This document shows, piece after piece, positions 51,491 through 64,000 of a DNA stretch of 64,000 nt. This stretch comes from Octopus vulgaris (taxonomy: Eukaryota), in contig OX597818.1 of assembly GCA_951406725.2 (NCBI GenBank), positions 107,012,001 to 107,076,000 of the forward strand, read 5' to 3'. Under the pieces are notes generated by a model that made no database searches, had not been told where the DNA came from, and saw only the letters and a program-made list of their open reading frames with translations. Each line of letters opens with the position of its first letter. The stretch's first letter is position 1. A program made the position numbers and the translations under genes.

Positions 51491-52881
51491 AAGGGCAGGG
51501 GACCATTTTGGTTGGCAATAAGCTGAGCTACTAAAGCTTTACCCACTGCAAGATACACTAAAACTCAAGGATAATTTTTAGGGGCTACTCCTTCCCCCAT
51601 TTCCTCACCTATCTGCTATTGTTCATTTACCCTTTTTTGCCCTTCTTTTTTTCACTCATAGCCCTCCATCTGCCAACTCTCCACCGTCTGAGCTGATCAC
51701 ATCATCCTCATTAGTCTCCTCTACTTTTCAGCAGATTTATACAGAGGAGACTGCATTAAACTACAATCATCCCTCTCAGCCTTTAACTTCCCCACACTGT
51801 GCAACCAGCCAGCTCTTGCTCTCTCTCCTCTCTAAACTACCTCTACTGCCACCAATCACCTATTCTCCCCTTTATTTCATCTCCTACTTTTACCTTTGCC
51901 CACCTCTGCTATTGTTCATTTCATCACCCTCCTGACCTTACCATTAACCTCTTCTCTCACTACACATCATTCTCCTCCTGCCACTACTTCTACATATTCC
52001 TCCTCTTCTTCCCATCATACTTTTGTTCCCGCCATCCTCCCACCATTCTAGTTTTTTCCTTGTCATTTCCCTTCTTCCTCTCCAGATCTTCACCTGATCA
52101 CTCACCTGATCAAACATACACACTCTAGTCTATACCTACATTTTCACCTTTAAACACCAATTCCCAAACAGACATTTCTGCCTTTGTTTGTCTTTGTTGC
52201 TCCTTCTCCAGATTCACATTATATTATACTAGCCTTGCCCCACACCACTGTTAAGTGGTTGGCTAATGAGCAGATACACTGTGGAATTATGAGTTCCATC
52301 TTGTCCTGACCCATCAACGATTAGTCAACACCTCTAGTGCTGGTGCCATAAGAAAATGCATCTATCACACTCTGTAACGTGATTGGCATCAGGAAGGCCT
52401 TCAGCCGAAGAAAGCAAGCCAAATGACATGTGTGGGTCCTTTGTTTCAAGAGCAGTAGCTCCCGATGTGAGGTAACTCAGATGGCAATTACCTGAACAAC
52501 CCATGCCAGAACAGAAACCAGATGTAATATGAAAATATGTTGATGACAATGGTGACGATGATATAAATGTGTGTTGAGCTCTTGATAGATAGATAGATAG
52601 ATAGATAGATAAACATACACACACACACCATATATAAAAGCTGAAAGACTTAAATATATTGAAGGCCAGCATGGGAGTTACTGCTGTTTATTTCTAGTTT
52701 TGTTATTTCGTTTTTATTTTTGAGCTGTTGCCCAAACTGAAAACCTTGCAGCAAGCAGTTAGTGTCGCACAAGCTGTTTGGTTTATCCGGTGGTGGTTTG
52801 GAGGTGGGTGCAAAGGGTTACGGGAAGAACAGGAGCACAATCCAAAAGAGAAGCTCACTCTAAGTTATAGAGCAGTAGAGT

Positions 52882-52964
52882 AATTAGATAAAGATAGATA
52901 TGGCCTGTCTATAGGGTTACTCAGGGTAACCCCATAGACTGGCCATAACTATGGTTATCTAATT
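52882..52964. repeat. 83-bp hairpin
   Basis: AATTAGATAA..TATGGCC.GTCTAT.GGGTTAC tcagg GTAACCC.ATAGAC.GGCCATA..TTATCTAATT. Confidence 0.9.
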
Positions 52965-52994
52965 GTGTTTGTGTGTGTGTGTGTGTTTGTGTAT

Positions 52995-53265
52995 AAATTG
53001 ATGGAATGAAGCGGGTAAAATCCATGCCACATATATTTTTCCTAGCTAGGAAGTATTGATTATGCAATGAGGGTACTTCACCAGTAAGTCATCAGGCCGA
53101 CCATATCTTTATTAAAGGAAGGTCTTTTATATTAATGAAGTATCTCCTACTTGATGAGAAGCTTGTGGAGTACCTCTGATAAATGTGTAATTATTACTTC
53201 TGAAGATCTGTGCTTGCTAGGAAACAAATGTAGGCTGGATTTTACCTGCTCTGTTCCCTCAATTT
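52995..53265. repeat. old inverted pair of hammerhead-bearing repeats
   Basis: Minus arm CTGATGA...GCTAGGAAAAATATATGTGGCATGGATTTTACCCGC; plus arm TTGATGA...GCTAGGAAACAAATGTAGGCTGGATTTTACCTGC. Confidence 0.6.
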
Positions 53266-53634
53266 GAATATTTTAGCTGTAGAAACTCTGCCAGATCAAG
53301 ATTGGAGCCTGGTGCAGCCATCTGGTTCGCCAACCCTCAGTCAAAATCGTCCAACCCATGCTAGCATGGAAAGCGGATATTAAACGATGATGATGATGAT
53401 GATTCATAACAACCGAATATGTTCATTGATATGGAGAAAAAACCTACATCCTTTGATGTCAATAAACTTTTATTGGTCCCAAAAGTTGATTTTTATACCC
53501 ACCACAGACTGCTTGAAGCTGACTAACTTCCTACACCTGGATTCTTGGATCTTACAATTACATATTATATGTATGTGTATGTGTGTATGCATATATATTG
53601 ATATATATGTGTATATATATATATATATATATAC

Positions 53635-53681
<47 letters not shown>

Positions 53682-53682
53682 C

Positions 53683-53719
<37 letters not shown>

Positions 53720-54329
53720 CATATGTATGTGTATACATATAATGCATGTTTATGTGTGTGTGTATAAATGCACACACATGCACACATACACACTGCGCAC
53801 ACACACATTTTACACATTAATACATATAGACTTTAAGCTTTGCCTTCAGCTTTACAATTTGCCAGTCTGTGTTGTCCGTTCTGAAACTCATTTCCCAAAT
53901 GTGGTGCAGATGTGACAATATTAACATATTTATAATCTGACAGATTGTTTAAAATAAGAGTTGTCACTTGATAGTGACAGCCTCATGGTGAAGACAACTG
54001 CTCCTGGAAACACACACACACACACACACATACACACGCATACATGTGTGCATGCATAGAGATTGAAGTATGCACACACACAGACAATTGCACATATGTT
54101 CATATAGACTGAGAGACATGAAGTCGTAGCCAAGATGTTTACTTCATAGCCTGGGGTTCCTGGTTCAACCCCTGTGAGAACCATTTGGTGCAATAGTCTT
54201 TTTCTAACATAACCTAGTGTTGACCAGACCAGCACCTTGGGAGGAGAATATGAGAGACGGAAACTCTTTGGAAGCACACACACACACACATGCAGAGTAT
54301 ATGTGGATGTAGAAAGTATGTACAGATAC

Positions 54330-54332
54330 AAG

Positions 54333-54384
<52 letters not shown>

Positions 54385-54393
54385 GACAAAGAC

Positions 54394-54428
<35 letters not shown>

Positions 54429-54682
54429 CAGAGACAGAGAGACAGAGACAGAGAGAGACAGAGAAAAAGAGAGAAAGAGAGAGAGGGGGAGAAAGAGACA
54501 GAAAGAGAGAAAAAGACAGAGTGAGACAGAGAGAGAGAAAGAGAGAGAGAGAAAGAGACAGAAAGAGAGAGAAAGAGACAGAGACAGAGAGAAAGAGACA
54601 GAGAGAGAAAGTGAGAGAGAGAGAAAGAGAGAGAGAGAAGAGAAAGAGGGAGAGAGAGAGAGAAAGAAACAGAGAGAGAGAT
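54330..54682. repeat. (GA)n/(GAGACA)n polypurine tract
   Basis: Direct reading. Confidence 0.95.
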
Positions 54683-54964
54683 AAATAGCCTAAACATTTT
54701 ATGACAGAATATTCTAGTAAAGGGAGCAAAGGTGGTGAAGATTAGAAGAGAAATGAAATGTTGAAGGAAACGTGAAATAAAGTCAAGTGGAATCCCTGAT
54801 TTATACCAAAGTCAGTGTAACAGGAGACATTGACAATCCTTGATTTCCCTAGCAGCAGCAGCTTAGTAGGGTAAGGTAACGAGAAGAGAGTAATTGAGAG
54901 ATGAGCAAGAGTAGCTTCGGTCACTAGAGGGATACCATTGACCATGTATGCATGTATGTTGTCG

Positions 54965-55152
54965 TCATCATCATCAGCAGCAGTAGCAGCAGCACCATCG
55001 TTTAACATCCGTTTCCATGCTGGCATGGGTTGGACGGCTCGACGGGGGATCTGGGAAGCCAGGAGGCTGCACGAGGCTCCAATCTGATCTGGCAGAGTTT
55101 CTACACCTGGATGCCCTTCCTAACGCCAACCACTCCAAGAGCGTAGTGGGTG
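54965..55152 (-). mobile_element. RTE-type 3' end
   Basis: Family 3' end in reverse. Confidence 0.8.
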
Positions 55153-55208
55153 CTGTTAATACTTTGCAAGTCATTACAATTTGTCCATAACTCTTCCTCT
55201 TTAACTCG

Positions 55209-55240
55209 CTGAAGAAGAGCTTTGCTCAAAACATAAAACA
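55209..55240 (+). ncRNA. degenerate minimal hammerhead motif
   Basis: CTGAAGA-A-GAGC-ttt-GCTC-AAAACATA (GAAACGTA after two G>A changes at CpG); stem I not formed; related to 47113-47148. Confidence 0.45.
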
Positions 55241-56165
55241 ACCTTTCTTTCCCTCCTTGAGCATCTTATTAATACTTCTCATGTACCACGTCCTCACATT
55301 GTTGTTTTTCTCTTGTCTTTTTTCTTTGTTTTTTTTTTTGATTAATTATGTATATATGCATGTATGCATGTATGTATATACATATGTTTGTGTGTGTGCA
55401 TATATATGTTTATATGTATGTATGTGTGTATGCATGTATGTACGTATGTATATATGTATGTACATACGCATGTATGTATGCATATATGTACATAAGTATT
55501 TATGTATATATGTATGCATGTATATATGTGTGTATGTCTCTAAGTATGTACGCATGCTTGAATATATGTATATACACATATATACATCCCCAAATATATA
55601 TTCACATATTCCCTCATATACTCTTGTGATACTTCCTTAAATGCTAACATTTTAAAACCATAACTAGTGGCCTGGCATTTTCAACTGAAATCTTCAGCTT
55701 AATATGGAATATTTAAGTTTCTGGAAGACATGCTGCTAATAGGTATTAAGATCTCAGTCTATTCAGCAGAATGGACTTTCAATCGGATTCTGATGGAAAT
55801 TTTAATGGATATGGCTACATAACAGAAGTATACACACATCATACACACATACAGATGTACTGCATATATTACACATACATACACACTCTCAGACACACAG
55901 ATATATATAGAGATAAACAAAAAGAAAGAATTAAATGCAGACAAAATCAACAAAAGACATTCAAAGTGCAACCAATGAAATGGAGGTATAACTATAATTC
56001 ATTCCAAGTGCTGACAGTAAGCTAATTGGTCCAGTTGTTAGGACATGAGACGAAAATGTCTGACAGTATTTGGAATCCCACTGAGGTCAGCTTTGTCCTT
56101 AATTCTTTCAAAATTAGTAAAGAAAATCCAGGTCTGTACAGACTGAGTCTGTAGAGCATCAAATG

Positions 56166-56559
56166 GTGGAGGCGCAATGGCCCAGTGGTTAGGGCAGCGG
56201 TCTCGCGGTCGTAGGATCACGGTTTCGATTCCCAGACGTTGTGAGTATTTACTGAGCGAAAACACCTAAAAGCTCCACGAGGCTCCGGCAGGGGATGGTG
56301 GTGATCCCTGCTGTACTCTTTCACCACAACTTTCTCTCACTCTTACTTCCTGTTTCTGTTGCACCTGTATTTCAAAGGGCCGGCCTTGTCACTCTCTGTG
56401 TCATGTTGAATATCCCCGAGAACTACGTTAAGGGTACGTGGAGTACTCAGCCACTTACACGTTAATTTCACGAGCAGGCTGTTCCGTTGATCGGATCAAC
56501 CGGAACCCTCATCGTCGTAACCGACGGAGTGCTTCCAGTGCTTCCAGTGCTTCCAGTCC
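56166..56559 (+). mobile_element. full-length family C SINE with TSD
   Basis: tRNA-like head; (GTGCTTCCA)3 tail; 13-bp TSD AGAGCATCAAATG at 56153-56165 and 56560-56572. Confidence 0.92.
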
Positions 56560-57497
56560 AGAGCATCAAATGAGATGCTGTGTGGTATATAACCTGGTTT
56601 ATTTCATTTTGAGTTCAAATCTTGCCATGGCATTTTTGGTAGATGGACATAACCCCTCCTTTAGTGCAACCTTTATCAGCTGGTCCTTGAGTGACTCTAG
56701 AGGAAGTCAACTCAATTGGAAACATTTTGACAAGGATCTTCATTTTCTGGGTACATTCTTTCCTTTCTCAGTTGTCTTAAAGACCCTGAAAAGGAATATA
56801 GGTACTGCCTTCACAGTGAGCAGTACCCAGAGCAGTACTGCAACAGAGCATCTTGGACTAGGATTGGTGATGGTGCTGGTTCTGTTGGTGGTACTTATGA
56901 CGATGGAGAAAGTGGTAGGGCAGATAATGAAGGTGATGGTGATAGTGGATATGGTTGTGATAGCAACAGCAATAAATAGTAGGTGTTGGGTGGTGATTGT
57001 GGTTGTGGTTGTAGTGTTAGTAGTTTGTTATTATGGTATTGATGAAGGTGATGGCTGTGGTAAAGGTGATAACAGCATTAATTCTGGTTAATTGTATAAA
57101 CGTTGGTGAAGGTGGTGGCGAGGGTAAGTGTGGTAGTTTATGTAACAGTGGAGGTTGAAGAAAATCTGTTATGAATGTAACTTAATAAAGTAAATATAAT
57201 TTTAAAGATGGAAAATTGAAGCAGCAAAAGCAATCACTGCCATATTGTTTACTTGTCTTTCAATGTATTAACTTCTAAATGATATTTCTTGATGAATTTA
57301 ATGCATGCATGTAAGATATGCATATATATATATATCAAGAAAGAGACAGACAGATATATATACACACACACATATATATATATATATATGCATACACACA
57401 CACACACACATACATACCTTCATACATACATACATACACACAAACACACATATACATCCATATACATACATGTAATATAAATGCAGTGCTGTGTGTA

Positions 57498-57528
<31 letters not shown>

Positions 57529-59261
57529 CATCATCATCATCCAACTATGTCAACATCACTAAATTTCTGCCATTTTCTTATCTGCTAATCTCTGTTGACA
57601 GATACAGTCAATGAATTCAAAGTTTGCTACGTCAGCCTTCATCACTGCATACAGGGATCAACAATTTGGATCATAGCAATTTGAAGGAGTGATATGATTG
57701 CTCTGTATATACATGTATGTATATACAAAGACACATCATTGCTCTGACATAGATGCAGCTTCTTCAGCCAATCCACTCATTAACTGTAACTATATTGACT
57801 AGAAACAAGTTTTAATGCAAAAATAAAAAGTTTTTTAAAAACTAGGCACATTTTATCATAAATATATATATCTTAATTTCTTGTTGTAGCAGAGAGTTGT
57901 GCATTGTAGTCACATGACTGGTTTTAACCAATAAAATGAAAATATTTTGCTACTCTTTTGGTGTAAAATTCAAGTGTTCTGTGGCCCATTTTCAACTAAA
58001 AATAAATGAGAAAATTTTAATCAAATTAATATTGGCTTGTTGCCAGAGGAATTTGTAGCAAGCTGGAAGATAATCCACCGACACATAATTATGTTATCAT
58101 TTTACACATAGATACATACAACCATGCCAAACATTCTCTTTAAACAGACATTTTTGATTTACCTGTGAATTTCAAATAGTTGCAAACACAAAATATTCCT
58201 GAACACAAAATGGGTATTCTGTGCTTGCAATATTCTCTTGTTGCCATATTATTGCTCAGAAATACTGAACAAAATTTCCTTGCAGTGTTTTCACTTCTGT
58301 GATAGAACAATTTTCTCAAGCAAAACAAAGGCGAATAACAGTTATCATTTAGTTTTCATTCAATCTTAACTTAATCTTCATGTAATTTTTATTCCTATTT
58401 GTGCAATATTACTAAATGCTAAGCACTCAGATATTTTAATATTCTAATATTCTGATATTATTTCATCATTGCTACATGTCTAATATTCTTTCTCAATTTG
58501 ATTTGCATAGATCCAGATAAACAACTAATTTTGGTGTAATTAAACTGTTATTGTAGAAGATGTTATTTTGTGTCTTTTTCAAGTTGTATTTTAATTTTCA
58601 TTTTAGCATACCTTTAGGTTAATTTTCTTCACCAATTCTTATTTTCCTTTAGATTACAAAAAAGGAATAAAAAAACCCAACAAACCTGTCTGTGAACTGT
58701 TCCTTTCATCTCATTCTGCTGGTTCAAAATTGGTTACTAAATACAGCATGTTGAAATTTAAATACTCATTGCTGTGTTGCTAATTATATATCAAGGTAAT
58801 TTTATTTGATTGAAATTAAGATGTTTCATAAGAATCCCAGTGTAAAATTAACTTGTTAGCATTTTCCTAGATAAATATCTTTAGAAATTGCAAAAATTCA
58901 AAAGCAGTGTCAAAATTTCAAGGTTGGCTACCCACATTAACTTTTAATTCTAAGGATGGCTGCACACATTAATGTCTAATCTTAAGAATGGCTACCCATT
59001 TAAATTTTCAATGTCATCATGGAAAGAGAAATTTTACAAGCTAATTTCGATTTATTTTTCTGTTTTTTTATTGTGTGTATTTGGGTGTATGGAGCAGGAA
59101 TGTTTTGATTTTCATTCTCCTTATTTTTGGTTTAAATTCATTTTCAGGTTTTAAGAATATGTGCATGTGTGTGTGTATATATATATATATATGTATGTAT
59201 GTATATATATGTATATATATATATATGTATACATATATATATATATGTATATATATATATA

Positions 59262-59298
<37 letters not shown>

Positions 59299-59521
59299 AT
59301 ATATATATATATATATACATACATACATATATACATACATATATACATACATACACACATATATTATACAAACACATATATATGCATCTATCTATCTGTC
59401 TGTCTGTCTATCTATCTATCTATTTATATTTATATCTATATATAGCTATATATATAGGTATATAAAACATATATGTATATATATATGTATATATATATGT
59501 ATATATATATGTGTATATATA

Positions 59522-59565
<44 letters not shown>

Positions 59566-59763
59566 AAATTTAAACAATGAGGGTGATAAATTGAATATTA
59601 ATTTAATTAATATCAATTTAAAACCTGTAGCCTCACTTATAGAAAAATTCTGGAACTTCAGAAAAATTGTAATACAATATATAGACAGACAGATAGATAG
59701 ATGCATATATATGTGTGTGTATATATATGTGTGTATGCATGTATATATGTATGTATATATGTA

Positions 59764-59796
<33 letters not shown>

Positions 59797-59817
59797 GTAT
59801 GTATATATATATATATA

Positions 59818-60620
59818 CTAGCAGCATAGCCCGGCGTTGCCCGGGTATGTAAGAGCTCCTAGTAGGCAACGACTAATCCCAATCTAGTCCTTTCCCTCTA
59901 GGGAACGAAGGCGCATGTGTAGGTTGCAATGTCTTCTTTTCACTCCCAAATAACTATCAAACAGCTATCGATAATTCAACCCAACCAATTCCTACCAGGA
60001 AGAAATTACATTCGAGACTTTACCGCCACTTCTGCTAATAGCTGCTGCAGCCGCAAGTTATTCGAATACTTTTTTTGTTTACACTTTCTTTATAACTACC
60101 ACCCCAAACGTTTTACCTTAAATTTTTGACGTACCCTAAGGGTCCTCGGATGCTACTTGCAAACTCTTGGTTTATTATAAACCGCTTTTGTCGTGTGCAC
60201 CAAAAAACCTTTTCCATTCGTTTGTTCAGTTTGTTCACTTTTGACTTTTTCGTTGTTGTCACTCACATTGCTGCCCGCTTTTTTGCCGTTTTTGTACATT
60301 TTTATACATTTTGGTATACTTACCCCACGTGTTCCGAGATTTAAAAAGGTCGAGTTGCGTCCCCTAGACAGTCTGTAGAAAATGTGTTGCATATAAAAAG
60401 CTTAGATTCTCGACCCATGTCGAATTTATCGATTTTTTTTCAGAACTGGGGGAACTTTTCAAAATTTTCGGTGTGTTAGTTTTGAATTATGACATTGGGA
60501 TATGTGTGTGTCAAGTTTCATCAGAATTGGTTGAAAGCATTGGTCAGGGTGAGGGTACAACCTGACAGACACACAGACACACAGACAGACAAACTGCCGT
60601 TCATATATATATATATATAT
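59818..60620 (-). mobile_element. non-autonomous Helitron
   Basis: Minus-strand 3' end: hairpin CCCGGGCAACGCCGGG, then CTAG followed by T; 5' end (TA)n then (CTGT)n; inserted in (TA)n. Confidence 0.8.
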
Positions 60621-60949
60621 GTAAAGGACAGCCATTTCTAACAAATTTTTCAATTGATAATGATTATATTATATTATTTTAAAAAATGCAACTGAATGAG
60701 TGGCAGAAGCATTGAATATTTATGTTGCCATGGATTTAAATCCTTTTTTAAAAGATCATTTTAAATGTCCTTGATTGTAAGATTCACACATTCATCTGAA
60801 GAAAGCGATTTTTATAATGATATAATGCATTCATTTATCAAATAAAAAATTTGTTGGAAATGGCCATAACGTATTAACACCGATCCTTGTTATTTTTCAT
60901 TCACAAAACATGCCCCTCACGTGTTTTGAAGTGTATTATGGACTGTGAG

Positions 60950-61276
60950 GTGGCTGAGTTCCTTTTGAGTGTTGGGCCTCATGGAGGCACTGACCAAGAC
61001 CTTTGTTATTATGTCGTGCTTGAGAAGAAAACCATACCAAGCAGAACAAAACCACAGTTGTGGCAGATACCGGTGTCATGCAAATGGCTCCCATGCCAGT
61101 GGCATGTAAAAGCACCCATTACACTCTCAGAGTGGTTGGCATTAGGAAAGGCATTCAGCCATAGAAAACCATGTTAAATCAGGCTGGATCCTGACACAGC
61201 CTTCCAGCATGCCAGCCCAGTCAAAGCATCAAACCCATGCCAGCATGGACAAAGGACGTTAAATGATGATGATGAT
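60950..61276 (+). mobile_element. RTE-type 3' end
   Basis: Family 3' UTR and (GAT)n tail. Confidence 0.78.
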
Positions 61277-61451
61277 ATTTAATAAAATATACATGTCTGA
61301 ATAGCTCAAAAGTGTATTATATACTCAGGTGGGTTATCATTCTGCCAGTACATCTGTACCAAGCTTGGTCTTCACATAAAAATTGTTGTGTGTACATTTT
61401 ATTACAACCTAACTAGGTGCCTCAACTTTAAGTAACTTAGTCAACTAAATC

Positions 61452-61494
<43 letters not shown>

Positions 61495-61708
61495 AACATA
61501 TGAGAGGTATTGGTACCAAGAAGATCCAAGGTGGCAGGTAATGCTATGTAAGTGCTATGGAAGGATCATAGTTAAACTCTTGGTTTGATAATAATACAAG
61601 TGCGGAGTCTAATGCGGGTCTTGTATGAAAATGTATATGTTAAACAAAATGGGACAACAAATCCAAGGCTGTGTGGAATTTTCAGGACATTTATAAAGAG
61701 AAAGTTAG

Positions 61709-61754
61709 TCTTATAGCTGTATCTGGGATATTAGGGATGTCCCTTCATCAGAGA
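61709..61754 (-). ncRNA. degenerate type I hammerhead motif
   Basis: Minus strand TCT-CTGATGA-A-GGGACAT-cccta-ATATCCC-A-GATAC-AGCT-ATA-AGA; two lesions relative to GAAAC AGCT GTA. Confidence 0.65.
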
Positions 61755-61864
61755 TGATGTAAGATGGTTAAATAGAGGGAAATAATAGAGTTCAATAGAA
61801 GGGATGGAAATAAGAAGTATATAGGGAAACAAGAGAATAAAAGTAAAACAAAAAAATACAACTA

Positions 61865-61981
61865 GTATGTAATAGGGATCCACAGAGGACCCGCTTCATT
61901 TTGATGCATGATACATGTTCTTGTGTTGGTAATTATACCTGTCCTAAACAAAATGGCATCACTTTTTGACTCACCCTCGTA
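61865..61981. mobile_element. Tc1/mariner terminal fragment
   Basis: Ends ACTTTTTGACTCACCCTCGTA (rc TACGAGGGTGAGTCAAAAAGT), a mariner-type TIR with TA. Confidence 0.6.
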
Positions 61982-62714
61982 CTTTAAGGCTATGCATGTC
62001 TGTGGAATGCTCAGCCACTTGTATATTAATTTCATGGGTTGGCTTTTCTGCTGAACAGAGCAATTGGAACTGACAGAGTGCCAGTGTGACACTCTGGCAA
62101 CTCTGGTCTTGGTGCATTGTTATATCTTGTGTTCTATGTTTGTGCTGTATTATTTGAGATTGGTTATTTGGGATGGCCACTGTTAGAGATGTTGAAACTG
62201 GTTATTATTCTGCGTAGAATTTTATGCTTTTTTCATCGTTTAAATTGGATGCAAATATTTGAGAGTTTTCTGCTCTACTTTAGTTGATTTTCTGTTATTT
62301 CTTTGTTTCGTTGATGTTGCTTGACTTGTTTTAATTGCGTATGAATTTCACATAGAGTTACTAGTTTTTATCAAGTCGGCTATTACAGCTTTGTGTTAAG
62401 TTTGTATTAATATGTTATCTTATTGGATGTTTAGAAACTTCTACAATTATCTTATTGATTGTATATATTACAATATCTATGTTGGTGCTTGTTGTGTTGT
62501 TGAATTCTGTAAATATTGCTTGGTAAGTGTGTTTACATGGAAGCTTTTCATGTGTAAAAATGCTTTGATTTTTTGTTCGCAGAGATAAAATATTCTTTTA
62601 AAAAAGTAGTGTTGTACGAGGATGTGCTGTAAGTATTTTAGTTTCTTCATGATGATGTTGATGAGGAATGTATTAAGGTGTTGTCACTGAGTAACCTGGT
62701 GCGGTAACTGGTTG

Positions 62715-62862
62715 ATAGTGTGGCTGTGTGATTCTGGGTTCTGTCTTACTGCATGACAACTTGGACAAGTGTCTTCTACTATAGCCTTGGGCTGGTCAAA
62801 GCCTTGTGACAAGATTTGGGAGACGGAAACTGAAAGAAGCTGGTCATATACAAATATATATC

Positions 62863-62905
<43 letters not shown>

Positions 62906-63107
62906 TTGTCCACCACCATGTAACAACCAGTGTTGGTATATTTACATCCTTGTCACTTAGTAGTTTGGCAAAAGAGACTGACAGAATAAGTAACAAATTA
63001 AAAAAAGAATAAATGGTAGGGTGGATTTAATTGACTAAAAATTCAAGGTGCTGCCCCAGCATAGCCACAGTCTAAAGACTGAAACAAGTAAAAGATAAAA
63101 GATAAAA
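62715..63107 (+). mobile_element. family A SINE
   Basis: Head, (TG)n, tail ACTGAAACAAGTAAAAGATAAAAGA. Confidence 0.82.
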
Positions 63108-63579
63108 AACCAAACAAATTACATCGTCACTTCCAAACTCTTTCTCTTCTCTTCCTCTCATTTCCTCTTCATACATTGTTTCTCTCCTACTCCCCAACCC
63201 TGACTTGCTCACTGCATCATTGCTATCCCATAGTCCCCCACCCCCATCTATATAACCAAGTTTTCACCAGTCACTGCCTTCTCCACCCCCACTCCCTATT
63301 CACGCTTGCTTTGCAATACCCCGCCACTTATATTATGACCTCCATACCTTGATGGTATGCCCTGGCACTTGCCACCATCTCTCTCCTGTTCTCTCTTTTC
63401 CTCTTGCTCTTCCCTCTGGCTGGGTAATCATGTATCTCCTTTACTGCAGTACACCTGTTTCTGCCCTCATTCTTGATCACTCTCTCTCTCTGGCCAGGTA
63501 ACCATGTACCTCCTCTACAGCATGACATCTGCTTCTGTCTCTTTGTCACACTCCAATCTTTCATCATCTGACACAAAAT

Positions 63580-63925
63580 CACCTCCTCCAATGTTCCTTC
63601 TCCTCTTAAAAGTTCTTTGTCTTGCAAGGTACTTGGTAACTCTGTCAGTGCTGGTGCCATGTAAAAAAGCACTCAGTCCACATTGTGAAGTGGCTGGCAT
63701 TTGGAAGGGCATCCAGCTGTCTAAACCATGCCAAAACTCACCTCACCTGTGCTGGTGCCATGCAGAAAACACTCTGAGGGGTGGGTGTTAAGAAGGGCAT
63801 CCAGCTGTAAAAGCCCTGCCAAAACAGACAGAAGTCTGATACAGTCTTCTGCCTTGGCAGCTGCTATCAAACCGTCCAACACATGCCAGCATGGAAGGTA
63901 GATGTTAAATGATGATGATGATGAT
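63580..63925 (+). mobile_element. RTE-type 3' end with duplicated module
   Basis: GTGCTGGTGCCATG...GAAGGGCATCCAGCTGT present twice; (GAT)n tail. Confidence 0.75.
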
Positions 63926-64000
63926 TGACAGACAGATAGAGATACACACACACTCACACACTCACACACACACACATACACACACACACACACACACACA

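Noticed and set aside
56438-57091. 217-aa ORF
   Set aside because: SINE 3' end followed by a GGT/GAT low-complexity tract.

Overview
AT-rich, microsatellite-dense animal genomic DNA, most likely an octopus/coleoid cephalopod (inferred from the SINE families and compound microsatellites, not verified). No intact host protein-coding gene is supported. Nearly all ORFs in the track are microsatellite or SINE read-throughs, so the window looks intronic or intergenic. Recognisable content: at least four tRNA-derived SINE families; many 5'-truncated RTE-type LINE 3' ends with (GAT)n tails; R4/Dong-like RLE retrotransposon fragments; a Ty3/Gypsy gag relic; hAT MITEs with 8-bp TSDs; and a non-autonomous Helitron. 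The main observation is about ten minimal type I hammerhead ribozyme motifs between 31.6 and 61.8 kb, of the kind carried by Penelope-like element (PLE) terminal repeats. One has a fully canonical core (50609-50652), one is near-intact with a long stem II, and several show compensatory changes at the core 3-8 pair. Several lie in or beside long DNA palindromes and locally templated duplications. All motifs and coordinates were read by eye, and repeat boundaries are approximate.
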